A stretch of 27,391 nucleotides of DNA from an uncultured Solibacteraceae bacterium (GCA_964449665.1 CAYUZM010000001.1:1-27391); one strand, 5' to 3'; shown: positions 1-10,360, numbered from the stretch's first letter. Translations and numbers: made by a program. Notes: generated by a model not told the origin, from the sequence alone.

Positions 1-1
1 A

Positions 2-3000
2 CCGACAGGCCCCCTCCAAACACGGCCCCCCACCCGCCGCTCCATTACGGCGCACGCGGGCGGCGGGGGCGCACAGCCTTACCTTCGGACCGTTGCGTTT
101 GGCCCCCTCCCCACGGCACCCTCGCTTTCGGCCAATGGTTCGATCTCCGGCACGGCCACCGTGAACGGCATATCGACCTTCGTGCTCAGCGTGAACGATT
201 CCACGCAGCAGACGGCGCTCCGGCAGTGCTCGTTGGCCACCGCTCCAGGCGGGGGCAATACGTTCACGCTTTCGTCTCTCAACCCGAATAGTGCATTGCA
301 GGGCGCCGCGCAATTGACGATCACACTCCTCGGCTCCGGCTTCAATTCGAACTCGGTCGTGCTCTGGAACTATGGCAGCGCGGATCAGCGCGCGCTCGAA
401 ACCACATTCGTGGATGCAGGCACTATCCGCGCGACTGTGCCCGCAGGATTGTTAACTGCATCGGGCAGTTTCCCGATTGCGGTGCGCCGCACCATCCTTA
501 CCTCGCCCGAATTCACCAACGCCGTGCCCTTTACAGTCGCGGGCGGACTGACGATTCGCACCGTGTGTCCGCTGCCGAGCGCCGCGCAACAGGTGGCTTA
601 CCGGGCTGTACTTTCCGCCGAGGGCGGCGTGGTTCCCTACAGTTGGTCGATTGCGGCCGGAAGTCTGCCCCAGGGAATCACGCTCAACAGCAATGGCGAA
701 GTGACCGGCTCCGCGAGCACCGCCGGGCAATCGACCTTCACGCTGCGCGTGACGGACTCCCAACAAAATTCCGCCACCGCGCCCTGTTCGCTGCGGGTAA
801 ATGGGCCGTTCGAAGTGAAGCCGAGTTTCCTGAGTTTCTCCTCGACTCAGGGCATATCACCCCTGGCGCAGGAATTGAATGTTACCAGCGGCTCTGGCGC
901 CTCTACCGTGAACGCGCAGGTGCCCAATACAAGTTGGCTTCGCGTGCAACTGAGCAATGCCACCACGCCTGCAAGGCTCCGCGTGGAAGTGGACAGCGCC
1001 GCGATGGCGCCCGGCACCTATAACGGACTGATCACGGTAAGCGCCGTGGGAGCGAGCAATGGACCAGTCGGCATTCCTGTGGTGCTGCAGGTCAACGCGC
1101 CGCTTCCCGCTCAGATGCAGGTGCGGCCGCGGGGACTGAGTTTTCGCGCGCCGCGCGGCGCCGCCCAGCCGCTTTACCGCCACCTCACCGTTTCCAACGC
1201 GGGAGCGGGCACGTTCAACTATCAGATTTCCGTGACGCCCCTCAGCGGTGGCACGTGGCTGACGGTGTTGGATCCGATCGGCACCGTGTCGGCGAATCAA
1301 CCGTCCTATTCGATGATGCAGGCGAATCCCGCCGACCTGGCTTCGGGAACCTATCTGTCGCGGGTAACGGTTTCCGGCCCTCCCGGTTCCGCGCCCACGG
1401 TGCTGCTCGCGTCGTTGAGTATCAGCGCCGGGCCGGATCAGTTGGGAACATCCACAAGCTCACTTTCGTTCCGTGGCGTTGCCGGCGGTGCACTCCCGCC
1501 GCCTCGGGATTTGGACATTCTGTCGCAAGGCGAAAATTCCCTATTCTGGCAGAGCACCAGCGGAGGCGCGGCCGGTATTGGCAACTTCCTCAGGCTTTCG
1601 CCGGCCAGCGATTCGGCAAGGCCCGATCTGCCCTCGCGCGTCGAGGTGTCGGCCGACACCACGGGGCTTGCGGCGGGACTCTACAGCGGAATTCTGCGCA
1701 TCGGCACGGGTTCGGACAACTCGCCGCGACTTGTCTCGGCGCACTTGCGCATATTGGGGCCGGGCCAGCAGCCGGGCTTGCACGCCGCACCGGGAGGACT
1801 CTTGTTTACCGCGCAACAAGGAGCGGGAGATCCGCCCACGCAGACCATCACGCTCGTGAACCCCGGTACCGCGGCGGCCACGCTCGACTTCGCTCTCAGC
1901 GGCGATAGCCGGCCGTTCCGTCTACCCGCGGAAACTCCCTCATCGCTGGCGCCGGGCGAGCCGCAACAGATCGCCATCAGCATCGTCACGTCGGGACTCA
2001 CGCCCGGCGTGTATGAAGGTGGCGTGGCGATTGCCCTGGGCGGCGACGCACAGGTTGTCATCGTTCCGTTGCGCTTAGTGTTGACCCCGGGCAACTGCGT
2101 GCGCACCTCGCTCGCCCTCGCGCCCGTGCAACCGGTGACGGGCTTCCTGGCCATGACCGGTTCCGGGCTCCCGGTACGCCTTCGTGTGGTGGACAATTGC
2201 GGCGCCGCGATGACGGCCGGCGCGGTGACGGCGCGATTCGCGGCGCCCGACGCCACGCAGAGTTCGCTTACGCATACGGGCAACGGCGTGTGGGCGGGTG
2301 ACCTGCAGGTTCCGAATGGACTCGCGAATAATCAACTGCGCCTCGACTTGCAGGCCACATCTGCCGGCACGGCGCTGCGCGCGTCGGCGGCAATTTTTGG
2401 CGCCGCCGACGACACGATCACGATTCCCGAACTTGCCGAAGACGCCGTTCTCAGTACCTCGACGTTCCTGCCGGGCCAGCCCGTGGCGCCGGGGGGCTTG
2501 GTCGCGGCCTTCGGCGTCAATCTTGCCGACCGCTCGGCAAGCGCGTTCCCGCCGGTGCCGTCGCTGGCTGGAGCGCTTGCGTTCTTCGCCAGCCCGAACA
2601 CGGGGCTTTCGGCGCTCCCGCTTTTCTTTGCCAGCCCGAATCAATTGAACGCCGAAACACCGCGCGAACTGCTTCCCGGCGTATCGCGGCAGGTGGTTGT
2701 ACAGCGCGGCGGTCAGATTTCGCGCCCGGTGGATGTAGTGCTGGCTGGAACCCAGCCCGGAATCTTCACCATCAATCAACAGGGAACGGGGCAGGGCGCG
2801 ATCCTCGACGCATCGACCACGGCCGAACTAGGGCGGGCCGTGCTTGCCGCTCCAGGCACGCCGGTGTTGCGGGGCCGCATTGTGAGCATCTATTGCGAAG
2901 GCTTGGGGCGCGTGAATCCCGAGGTCCCCAGCGGCACCCTCGCGCCGTCGTCCGAACCGCTCGCGCGCACGGTTACTCCAGTGACGGCGATCATCGGCGG

Positions 3001-3163
3001 CCAGTCCGCGCAGATTCTCTACGCGGGGCTGGCGCCCGGGTTCGTAGGTCTCTACCAGGTGAACGCCATCGTACCGTCCGAGGCGCAAACCGGCGACGCC
3101 GTTCCGCTCACCGTGTCCGTGGGGGGAGCCGTCAGCAATACCGCCACAATCGCCATACGGTAA
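2..3163 (+). CDS. Large secreted surface protein, 5'-truncated: putative-Ig (He_PIG-like) modules, IPT/TIG-like module, BACON-like repeats and Solibacter-type (TIGR03437-like) C-terminal domain
   Basis: The frame of ORF 161..3163 is open back to position 2. Ig-repeat motif 'GGVVPYSWSIAAGSLPQGITLNSNGEVTG'; BACON-like 'SWLRVQLSNATTPARLRVEVDSAAMAPGTYNGLITV'; C-terminal 'PVAPGGLVAAFG...SPNQLNA...QPGIFT...SIYCEGLG...YAGLAPGFVGLYQVNAIVP'. Confidence 0.8.
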   Translation, partial: PTGPLQTRPPTRRSITAHAGGGGAQPYLRTVAFGPLPTAPSLSANGSISGTATVNGISTFVLSVNDSTQQTALRQCSLATAPGGGNTFTLSSLNPNSALQGAAQLTITLLGSGFNSNSVVLWNYGSADQRALETTFVDAGTIRATVPAGLLTASGSFPIAVRRTILTSPEFTNAVPFTVAGGLTIRTVCPLPSAAQQVAYRAVLSAEGGVVPYSWSIAAGSLPQGITLNSNGEVTGSASTAGQSTFTLRVTDSQQNSATAPCSLRVNGPFEVKPSFLSFSSTQGISPLAQELNVTSGSGASTVNAQVPNTSWLRVQLSNATTPARLRVEVDSAAMAPGTYNGLITVSAVGASNGPVGIPVVLQVNAPLPAQMQVRPRGLSFRAPRGAAQPLYRHLTVSNAGAGTFNYQISVTPLSGGTWLTVLDPIGTVSANQPSYSMMQANPADLASGTYLSRVTVSGPPGSAPTVLLASLSISAGPDQLGTSTSSLSFRGVAGGALPPPRDLDILSQGENSLFWQSTSGGAAGIGNFLRLSPASDSARPDLPSRVEVSADTTGLAAGLYSGILRIGTGSDNSPRLVSAHLRILGPGQQPGLHAAPGGLLFTAQQGAGDPPTQTITLVNPGTAAATLDFALSGDSRPFRLPAETPSSLAPGEPQQIAISIVTSGLTPGVYEGGVAIALGGDAQVVIVPLRLVLTPGNCVRTSLALAPVQPVTGFLAMTGSGLPVRLRVVDNCGAAMTAGAVTARFAAPDATQSSLTHTGNGVWAGDLQVPNGLANNQLRLDLQATSAGTALRASAAIFGAADDTITIPELAEDAVLSTSTFLPGQPVAPGGLVAAFGVNLADRSASAFPPVPSLAGALAFFASPNTGLSALPLFFASPNQLNAETPRELLPGVSRQVVVQRGGQISRPVDVVLAGTQPGIFTINQQGTGQGAILDASTTAELGRAVLAAPGTPVLRGRIVSIYCEGLGRVNPEVPSGTLAPSSEPLARTVTPVTAIIGGQSAQILYAGLAPGFVGLYQVNAIVPSEAQTGDAVPLTVSVGGAVSNTATIAIR

Positions 3164-3225
3164 GCGGCCTTACAACACGAATCCCCTATTTTGTTTGTAG
3201 GCAATCTGAAGCATAATGGGGCATC

Positions 3226-6200
3226 ATGCGAGGACTGTCTACAATCGCCCGAATTTGGGGTGCGTCCGTTTTTTGCCTGTTTTTGCTGGCCCCCCATGCC
3301 GCGGCGCAATCCTTCAGTTGCGCGACTCAGGTAACCGACCAGGTGGGGTTGCGGGCTCGCGCATCTTCGGAGTTGGTGGCTCCGGTCGTGGTTCGCTGCA
3401 GCGGCACGAAGCCCGCCGGCGGCATCGTGGGTGCCATCCACATCAATCTGAATGTCCCGCTGGCAAGCCGCACGCTGGATTCGGCCATCAATGCGAATGA
3501 GGCGCTGCTGCTGATCGACAACCCCGCGCCCGGCGCCCAGGTGGCTCGCGCGGTGGATATGATCGTGCCGAACGCCAATGTGATTCAGGGCTTCTATAAC
3601 TCCGGTTCCATCATCTGGCAGACGCTCGAAATTGCGCCCGCGGGCCCGGCCGGTCCCTTCGTTCGCGAGTTCCGCATCGTCAACGTACGCGCGAACGTTT
3701 CCCAGTTGGCCACGCCCGCCACGGTGACGATGTCCGTGAACTTGCTCACCAACCCGTTCGTGCCCTTTACCGGCAGCCAGGCCAATGTGGGCACCGTGAT
3801 CACGGCCGGCGGGGTGTCGGCGCGCACGATGGACGATTTCGGTGACTATACGCAGGTGATTGACGGCTGTGTCGGCAACCGTCCCGTTGTGGCCGCCGAT
3901 ACCTTCCGCGATTTCAATGTCCGCTTCGGTGAAGGGAACGCCAACGAGTTTCGCCGCCGGAACGTGGCGACGTCGGCCAACGCCTCCTCGGCGGTCGCCA
4001 ACCAGAACGATCCCTTAACGAACTACAACACGGAAACAGGCTTCTTCAACGGCGCGTTCCCGCCCGTCAACAGCATGAACCTCGCCGGGTTGGCAACCAA
4101 CGGCACGCGCCTGATGGCCCGCTTCACCGGCGTACCTTCCGGCGTGACCGTCTTCGTCACCACCGGCGCCGTGCCGGAGGGGACCATCTCGTCCAACATC
4201 GTCGCGCGGCTCACCACCACCGACGCCAACGGCAGCGGACCCTATTCGCCCATTCCCGCCTCCGTCGGCAACTATGCCCAGGTTCCCGTCGTAAACGGCG
4301 TGGCGACGGCAGTGTGGGAAATACTCGAGTCCAATTCAGACTCGCTTGAGCTGATCAGTTTCGGCGTCATCCTATCCGTCCCCGCCAATACGTCCACATT
4401 CGGAAAAATCAGTTTGCAGGGAGGCCTTGCGCCGCTGGCGTCCGGCACCAACGCCAGCACCGCACCACTATTCGCAACGCTTCCTCCGGGACGCGAGATC
4501 GCCGAAATTCGCACCTGCGCCACGTTGCTGACCGTGGCCACCTCGTGCCCGCTGAATTCGGCGAGCATTGGACAACCCTACAATCTGCTGGTGGCCGCCA
4601 ACGGTGGAACGCCGCCCTACGGATGGACCCTGGTGGGCGGCGCGCTCCCCGAAGGCATTCAGCTCAATACCAACGGGCTCATCTCCGGTTCGCCCCAGGT
4701 CACCGGTGCGTTCAACTTCATCTTCAAGGTCACCGATTTCTTCGGCGCCACCGCGTTTAAGGAGTGTAGTCTGCTCGTGAGCATTTCTCTCACGATCAAC
4801 ACTGCGTGTCCTTTGCCCGATGCCACCGTGGGAGTTGCCTATAGCCAGTTGCTCGCTGTCCAAGGCGGGCAGCCGGGATACCTGTGGACCATTTCACAGG
4901 GAAACCTCCCGCCCGGAGTCGCCCTTTCGCCCAACGGCGTGGTGAATGGAGTGCCGTCCGTGGCCGGAACCTACGACTTTACCCTGCGCGTCCAGGACGG
5001 GCTGCTATTTGCCACCGAGAAACCATGCCAGCTTCGCGCCGGTGGGCCGTTCCGCGTCTTCCCGTCGGAGCTGAGCTTCCGCGGGAATGCCGGAGGCGGA
5101 CTGCCGCCGCCACAAACCCTGAGCGTCTCCAGTTCAAACGCCGGGCAGTCGTTCTCTGTGCGCGTGAACACCGACGATGGTTCGCCGTGGCTGCGGGCCA
5201 CCCCTTCCACGGGAACGTTGCCCGCATCCGTGGAAGTAACCGCCGATCCCCGTTCCCTGGCGCCGGGCCAATATTCGGGAACCGTAATCGTGGCCGCGCT
5301 TAACCTTGCGCAACAATCCCTGAGCGCGCGCATCACGTTGCGTGTGGACCCCGCCGCGCCGCCGAGTATCTCGGTGGAGCCCTCGGGAATCAGCCTCGCC
5401 GTGCCGCGTTCGTCGGGCGCGGTGCGGCGAAGCATTCAAGTGCTCAAAGCGGGGGGAGGGCAGGCCTCCTACTCCGCCTCGGTAACGCCGCTCGATGGCA
5501 CGGGTTGGATCACGGCCGCCCCCGCGTCCGGTTCGGCCACGCCGGAAGCGCCCGGCGTCGTGCGGCTGGAGATGAATACCGGCGCACTGGAACCGGGTGT
5601 CCATCGCGCCCGGCTCACGCTGACGAGCGCCTCGACGGCGCAGACGTTGCAGGTGCCCGTCACGTTGGCGGTCAGCGCCGGCCGCGACCTGATGGAGGTC
5701 TCGCACTCGGGCTTGACGTTCACCGCCGTGAATGGCGGCCCCGCGCCTGCGACGCAGAATCTGACCATTCAATCCTCTGGCGCGGGAGGGTTCAGTTGGG
5801 ATGCCGCCACGATCATCGAAGGCGCCTCCACGTCTTGGCTCGCGCTCACGCAATCGGCGGGCAGCGTCACGGCGGGCAACCCGTCGACCATCGGCGTTCG
5901 CGCCAATGCCGGTGGACTCGCGCCCGGCCAATACTTCGGTGAGATCCGGCTGCGCGCCTCGGGAATTGAGAACTCGCCGCGCACCGTGCTGGTCGCTTTA
6001 CGCGTGCTTGCCTCGGGTACGAATCCCGGACTGACCATCGCGCCCGGCGGAATCACCTTTACGGCACGGCAAGGCGAATTGAATGTGCCGCCGCAAACCG
6101 TGCAGGTTTTCAACCCGCTCCCGCAGGCATCGGGCTTCGAATACTCTTTCCCGCCCGACAACCGTATCTTCACGGCAACGACACCCGACGGAAAGACCGC

Positions 6201-7446
6201 CACTTCCGGCTCGCCCGTGCGGATTCAAGTCGCGGCAAATGTCGCTGGTCTCGGCGCGGGCATCTACCGTTTCCCGCTCACCGTGTATGGATCGAATGAC
6301 CCGCGCGTGCAATCCATCGACGTCGCCGTGGTCGTGCTGCCGAGTTCGTCGGCCTCCGTGCAGGAGCCGCCGGCGGAGTTGCGCGGCAATTTCACATGCA
6401 CTACGGGCAGCGGACTCGCGATGGTCTCGCGCACGCTCGGCTCGGGATTCTCCACGCTCTCCGGTCTTGCCGTTCCGTTGGATCTTCAGATTACCGATCG
6501 CACCGGCCAGCCCCTACGCACCGGTTCGGTGAACATGGTGCCCTCGCTCGAAGAGAGTTCGACGGTTGCACTGCAACATCTGGGCAACGGGCGCTGGACG
6601 GCAACGTGGACGCCCAACGCGCTTTCGGGCGGTCCGGTGACGCTTAGCTATTTCGCCGAAGATGTCGACCGCGGCGTCAGCGGGTGCGTGCAGGCAAGTG
6701 GCGTGATTGAGGCCAACCCGGCTGGTCCCTATCTTCCGCCGAACGGCGTCGTGAGTACCGCCAGTTTCCAGGCCTACGAACCCGTTGCGCACGGTAGCCT
6801 GCTGGCAATCTTCGGATCGAAACTGGCCGCGGCGCCCGTTTCGGCGAGTTCGCTTCCGCTGCCCTTCCAATTGAGTGGCACGCGCGTCAGCCTGGGCGGC
6901 ATCGACATGCCCATGTTCTACGCGGGCGAAACGAATGGACTTTCGCAGGTGAACGCGCAGGCGCCGTACACACTGCCCGGCGGCGTGAGTCTGCCGCTCA
7001 TCGTCCGGACCGCGAATGGTTGGGCGATGTCGGAATTGATCGTTGCCGAAGCACAGCCGGGAATTTTCACCTCGAATCAATCCGGGCAGGGGCAGGGAAT
7101 CATTGTGCTGGGCTCGAATCCCACGGTGCTGGCCACTCCCGCCAATCCGGCCGCGCGCGGAGAAGTCGTGGTGATCTATTGCAGCGGACTCGGCCGCACG
7201 CAACCGGCTGTGAATGCCGGATCGGCCGCGCCCTCTTCACCGCCTGCCACAGCGGTAGCGCCGGTGAGCGTGACCATCGGGGGACGTCCCGCCACGGTGC
7301 AGTTCTCGGGCTTGACCCCGGGGCTGGCCGGACTGTATCAGATCAATGTGGTGGTGCCGCCGGACTCGGCGACCGGGAATGCAGTGCCCGTGGTAGTGTC
7401 CGCCGGCGGAGCGGTAAGCGCGAGCGTCACGATGGCGGTGAAATAA
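3226..7446 (+). CDS. Large secreted surface protein (1406 aa): signal peptide, unnamed N-terminal beta-rich domain, two putative-Ig modules, BACON-like repeats, TIGR03437-like C-terminal domain; paralogue of the upstream gene
   Basis: Signal peptide ending '...LLAPHAAAQ'; 'GGTPPYGWTLVGGALPEGIQL' and 'GGQPGYLWTISQGNLPPGVAL' Ig repeats; C-terminal 'QPGIFTSNQSGQGQG...VVIYCSGLG...FSGLTPGLAGLYQINVVVP'. Confidence 0.85.
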   Translation: MRGLSTIARIWGASVFCLFLLAPHAAAQSFSCATQVTDQVGLRARASSELVAPVVVRCSGTKPAGGIVGAIHINLNVPLASRTLDSAINANEALLLIDNPAPGAQVARAVDMIVPNANVIQGFYNSGSIIWQTLEIAPAGPAGPFVREFRIVNVRANVSQLATPATVTMSVNLLTNPFVPFTGSQANVGTVITAGGVSARTMDDFGDYTQVIDGCVGNRPVVAADTFRDFNVRFGEGNANEFRRRNVATSANASSAVANQNDPLTNYNTETGFFNGAFPPVNSMNLAGLATNGTRLMARFTGVPSGVTVFVTTGAVPEGTISSNIVARLTTTDANGSGPYSPIPASVGNYAQVPVVNGVATAVWEILESNSDSLELISFGVILSVPANTSTFGKISLQGGLAPLASGTNASTAPLFATLPPGREIAEIRTCATLLTVATSCPLNSASIGQPYNLLVAANGGTPPYGWTLVGGALPEGIQLNTNGLISGSPQVTGAFNFIFKVTDFFGATAFKECSLLVSISLTINTACPLPDATVGVAYSQLLAVQGGQPGYLWTISQGNLPPGVALSPNGVVNGVPSVAGTYDFTLRVQDGLLFATEKPCQLRAGGPFRVFPSELSFRGNAGGGLPPPQTLSVSSSNAGQSFSVRVNTDDGSPWLRATPSTGTLPASVEVTADPRSLAPGQYSGTVIVAALNLAQQSLSARITLRVDPAAPPSISVEPSGISLAVPRSSGAVRRSIQVLKAGGGQASYSASVTPLDGTGWITAAPASGSATPEAPGVVRLEMNTGALEPGVHRARLTLTSASTAQTLQVPVTLAVSAGRDLMEVSHSGLTFTAVNGGPAPATQNLTIQSSGAGGFSWDAATIIEGASTSWLALTQSAGSVTAGNPSTIGVRANAGGLAPGQYFGEIRLRASGIENSPRTVLVALRVLASGTNPGLTIAPGGITFTARQGELNVPPQTVQVFNPLPQASGFEYSFPPDNRIFTATTPDGKTATSGSPVRIQVAANVAGLGAGIYRFPLTVYGSNDPRVQSIDVAVVVLPSSSASVQEPPAELRGNFTCTTGSGLAMVSRTLGSGFSTLSGLAVPLDLQITDRTGQPLRTGSVNMVPSLEESSTVALQHLGNGRWTATWTPNALSGGPVTLSYFAEDVDRGVSGCVQASGVIEANPAGPYLPPNGVVSTASFQAYEPVAHGSLLAIFGSKLAAAPVSASSLPLPFQLSGTRVSLGGIDMPMFYAGETNGLSQVNAQAPYTLPGGVSLPLIVRTANGWAMSELIVAEAQPGIFTSNQSGQGQGIIVLGSNPTVLATPANPAARGEVVVIYCSGLGRTQPAVNAGSAAPSSPPATAVAPVSVTIGGRPATVQFSGLTPGLAGLYQINVVVPPDSATGNAVPVVVSAGGAVSASVTMAVK

Positions 7447-7457
7447 CCGCCCCGCCG

Positions 7458-8579
7458 CTATTGCACCAGAAAATCTTTGAGCTTGTCGAAAAGGCCCTTG
7501 TCGTCGGGCTCATTTTCAACCGGCAACGTTTCGAGCAACTGCTCGAAGAGTTTGCGCTGGTCGCGCGTGAGCTTCGTCGGAACCTTTACTTCGACGTGCA
7601 CGAGCAGGTCGCCCCGGCCATTGCCGTTCACCTTTGGAACTCCGAAGCCCTTCAAGCGAATCTGCTGGCCGCTTTGAACGCCCTCGGGGATCTTCACCGA
7701 TTGCAGACCATCGAAGGTCAGCAGGTCTACCTGCGCGCCAAGCGTGGCCTGCGCCACGTTAATGGGCAGCACGCAGTGCAAATCGTTCTCATTCCGTTCA
7801 AAGACGCTATGCGGCTTCACGCGGATGATCACGTAAAGATCGCCCGGCGGCCCCCCGTTCGCGCCCGGCTGTCCCTCTTCGGCCAACCGTAGACGCGTGC
7901 CCGTATCGACACCCGGAGGAATATTCACCCGGAGCTTGCGCTCGCTGCGCAGGTAGCCCTCGCCCTTGCACGACTGGCAGGCTTTCCGGATCGTCTGGCC
8001 CCGGCCCCCGCATTGCGCGCACGTGCGGCGAATCTGCAGGAAAGCCTGCTGGAAGAGCACCTCGCCGCGCCCGCGGCAGGTGGGACACGTCACCAGCCCG
8101 TCTGGTTCGGCGCCTTTGCCCTGGCACTTGCCACAGGCATCGAGGCGCGGCACCTGGATCTCGATCGCCGAGCCGCGCATGGCGTCGTCGAAATCGATCG
8201 TGAGATCGTAGCGAACGTCTTCTCCGCGCTGGGCCCGGTTCGGGTTTGAGCGCTTGCCGCCCCCCATGCCGAACAGGTCGCCAAAGCCGAAGAAGTCTCC
8301 GAAAATGTCGTTGAATTCCGTGAAGACGTCGGGGTTGACGTTGGCCCCGCCGGCCTGCAAGCCGTCGTGCCCGTAACGGTCGTAGGCGGCCCGGCGCTGC
8401 GGGTCGCTCAGAACGCTATACGCTTCCGCGAGTTCCTTGAATTTTTCCTCGGCCGCCTTGTCACCCGGATTGCGGTCCGGATGGTACTTCAGAGCGGCTT
8501 TCCGATATGCGCTCTTGAGCACCTGCTCGTCGGCAGTGCGTTCGACGCTGAGGACTTCGTAATAGTCGGCTTTGCTCAC
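7458..8579 (-). CDS. dnaJ: Molecular chaperone DnaJ
   Basis: J domain 'DYYEVL...YRKAALKYHPDRNPGD', G/F-rich linker, four CxxCxGxG repeats, C-terminal domain. Start placed at GTG 8579 (MSKADYY) after a GGAG-rich RBS; the ORF track starts at 8591. Confidence 0.97.
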   Translation of the reverse strand: MSKADYYEVLSVERTADEQVLKSAYRKAALKYHPDRNPGDKAAEEKFKELAEAYSVLSDPQRRAAYDRYGHDGLQAGGANVNPDVFTEFNDIFGDFFGFGDLFGMGGGKRSNPNRAQRGEDVRYDLTIDFDDAMRGSAIEIQVPRLDACGKCQGKGAEPDGLVTCPTCRGRGEVLFQQAFLQIRRTCAQCGGRGQTIRKACQSCKGEGYLRSERKLRVNIPPGVDTGTRLRLAEEGQPGANGGPPGDLYVIIRVKPHSVFERNENDLHCVLPINVAQATLGAQVDLLTFDGLQSVKIPEGVQSGQQIRLKGFGVPKVNGNGRGDLLVHVEVKVPTKLTRDQRKLFEQLLETLPVENEPDDKGLFDKLKDFLVQ

Positions 8580-8615
8580 CGGCTCTTCCACTCCCTGTCT
8601 TCGTGTCGATTTCCG

Positions 8616-9194
8616 CTACTCACGCACGGCCACCTTCACCATGGCCGGGCGCAGAAGTTTGCCTTTGTAGAGATACCCTTTTTGGTACTCTTCCAAAATT
8701 GTCTCATCGGCGTGTTCGCTCGATTCGACCTTCTGCACGGCATGGTGTAAGTTAGGATCGAACTTTTCGCCCTCGGACTTTACGGACGATACCCCCATAC
8801 GGGTGAATAAGTCCACCGTCCGCTGGTAAATCAGTTCGACTCCTTTGGCAAACTCCTTAGCCGGACCGTCCTCGGCGGGTACGGACTTCAGCCCACGTTC
8901 AAGGTCGTCCAGGACCTGCAGCATGTTCTTGAGCGCTTCCATCGTCGCGGTTTCGAATACATCTCCGCGTTCACGATCCGAACGCCGCTTGAAGTTCTCG
9001 AAATCGGCTTGGCGGCGCTGCAGCAACTCCTGCAACTCCAGCTTTTCGTTCACCAACCGCTCATAATCGGCCGCCAGCGCCGTCTCCGCGCCATCGGCGA
9101 GCGTCTGCGGCCCAGACTGGGAATCGCCTTCCCCGCCTCCGCCCGTGACAGGCTCGGAGGAGTCCATGGTTGCTTCCGGTTTCTCCGTGCTCAT
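8616..9194 (-). CDS. grpE: Nucleotide exchange factor GrpE
   Basis: 'RRQADFENFKRR', 'MLQVLDDLERG', 'FDPNLHHAV', 'YQKGYLYKGKLLRPAMVKV'. Start placed at ATG 9194 (MSTEK); the ORF track starts at 9212. Confidence 0.96.
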   Translation of the reverse strand: MSTEKPEATMDSSEPVTGGGGEGDSQSGPQTLADGAETALAADYERLVNEKLELQELLQRRQADFENFKRRSDRERGDVFETATMEALKNMLQVLDDLERGLKSVPAEDGPAKEFAKGVELIYQRTVDLFTRMGVSSVKSEGEKFDPNLHHAVQKVESSEHADETILEEYQKGYLYKGKLLRPAMVKVAVRE

Positions 9195-9322
9195 ATGCGA
9201 AAAAATGCCCAAATCTTAGTGTAGCGATTTACGGCGGGAAAGAACACTGACGGCTGGCGATGTGCCGCGATTTCCGCGATTTGCAAAAATTCGCCACGCT
9301 GTGAACGGCGCGTTTTGCGCCC

Positions 9323-10360
9323 TCAGCAGGGCAGGCTGAGGTAGGCTTGGCCCACGTGCCGGACGGCCGCAAGGGCGCGCTCATAGTCCATCCGCATTGG
9401 TCCAATGACGGCGAACTTGCCCGTCAACCCGCCGGGCATCCGCAGCGAGATGCCGATCAGCGACAGCGGACTGAGCGTCGGATCTTCGTCGGCCATGCCG
9501 ATCTGCACCACTACCTCGCCCAAAGGCGGTTCCAGAAACCGGTCGAGCAACTGCAGAATGCGTTTCTTCTCTTCCAGCGTGCGAAACATCTCGCGCAAGC
9601 GTTCGCGCGTCAGTTGGAAATCGAAACTCACCAGGTTGGCCGTGCCTTCCATGTGGAATTCCGGCGGATGCGCGCCTTCGAGCAGCCCCTTGTCGTAGAG
9701 CAGGATGAGCTTGCGCAGTAGCGCGTCGTAAGCGGCGCTGGTCTGGTCCAGCCGGTTTCGGAGTTCTCCTCGAATGTCGGCCAGGCGCCAGCCGGCGAAG
9801 TTGACGTTCAGGTAATTGCGGATCGTGGTGAGTTCTTCCTGCGTAATGGCCTCGTCCAAGGTCATCAACTGATCGCGGATCATCTTGTCCTGCGTGGCGA
9901 CGATCATGAGCACGCGCGTGCCGCCAATCAGGATCAGCTCCACCTGGTCCAAAATCTGGCTCGACGTGGGAATCGCGGCCGCAATGCCGAGACCGTTGGA
10001 AAGCCCGGTCAGCATCTGCGAGCTTCTTTCGACGCGCTCTTCCACGGTCTGCGAGTGGCTGAGTTCCTCGCGGATGCGGCCGACTTCATTCATCGCCGGG
10101 CGGCGGTTTGCCAGCGCGCGCGCATAGAGGGCGTAGGCTTTCGTTGTCGGCACGCGGCCGGCGGAGGTGTGCGGCTGATGCAAATAGCCCTGGTCGGCCA
10201 ACTCGGCCATCACGTTGCGCACCGACGCCGGGCTCAAGTGATGTCGGCGCAGCCGCGAGATGTCCTGGGAAGCGACCGGTTCGCCACCGTCGATGTAGGC
10301 GCGCACGACCGAGTGCAGAATCTGTTCAGCACGGGCGGAGAGTGCGGGTGCATCGCTCAT
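9323..10360 (-). CDS. hrcA: Heat-inducible transcription repressor HrcA
   Basis: 'ILHSVVRAYIDGGEPVAS', 'SPASVRNVMAELADQGYLHQPHTSAGRVPT', C-terminal 'FAVIGPMRMDY'. Start placed at ATG 10360 (MSDAP); the ORF track extends to 10450. Confidence 0.96.
   Translation of the reverse strand: MSDAPALSARAEQILHSVVRAYIDGGEPVASQDISRLRRHHLSPASVRNVMAELADQGYLHQPHTSAGRVPTTKAYALYARALANRRPAMNEVGRIREELSHSQTVEERVERSSQMLTGLSNGLGIAAAIPTSSQILDQVELILIGGTRVLMIVATQDKMIRDQLMTLDEAITQEELTTIRNYLNVNFAGWRLADIRGELRNRLDQTSAAYDALLRKLILLYDKGLLEGAHPPEFHMEGTANLVSFDFQLTRERLREMFRTLEEKKRILQLLDRFLEPPLGEVVVQIGMADEDPTLSPLSLIGISLRMPGGLTGKFAVIGPMRMDYERALAAVRHVGQAYLSLPC

Noticed and set aside
1-130. Apparently hypermutated Ig module at the window start (TGPLQT...QPYLRTVAFGPLPTAPSL versus consensus TCPLPT...PYSWTVASGxLPxGLSL)
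   Set aside because: Divergence is confined to the first ~130 nt, is C/G-rich and fades inward, as expected for a low-quality contig end. It is not adenine-specific as in DGR mutagenesis, and no template repeat is present.
10325-10350. CIRCE-like AGCAC...GAGTGC at the start of hrcA
   Set aside because: Arm spacing is 4 nt too short, the outer TTA/TAA arms do not match, and it lies within coding sequence.
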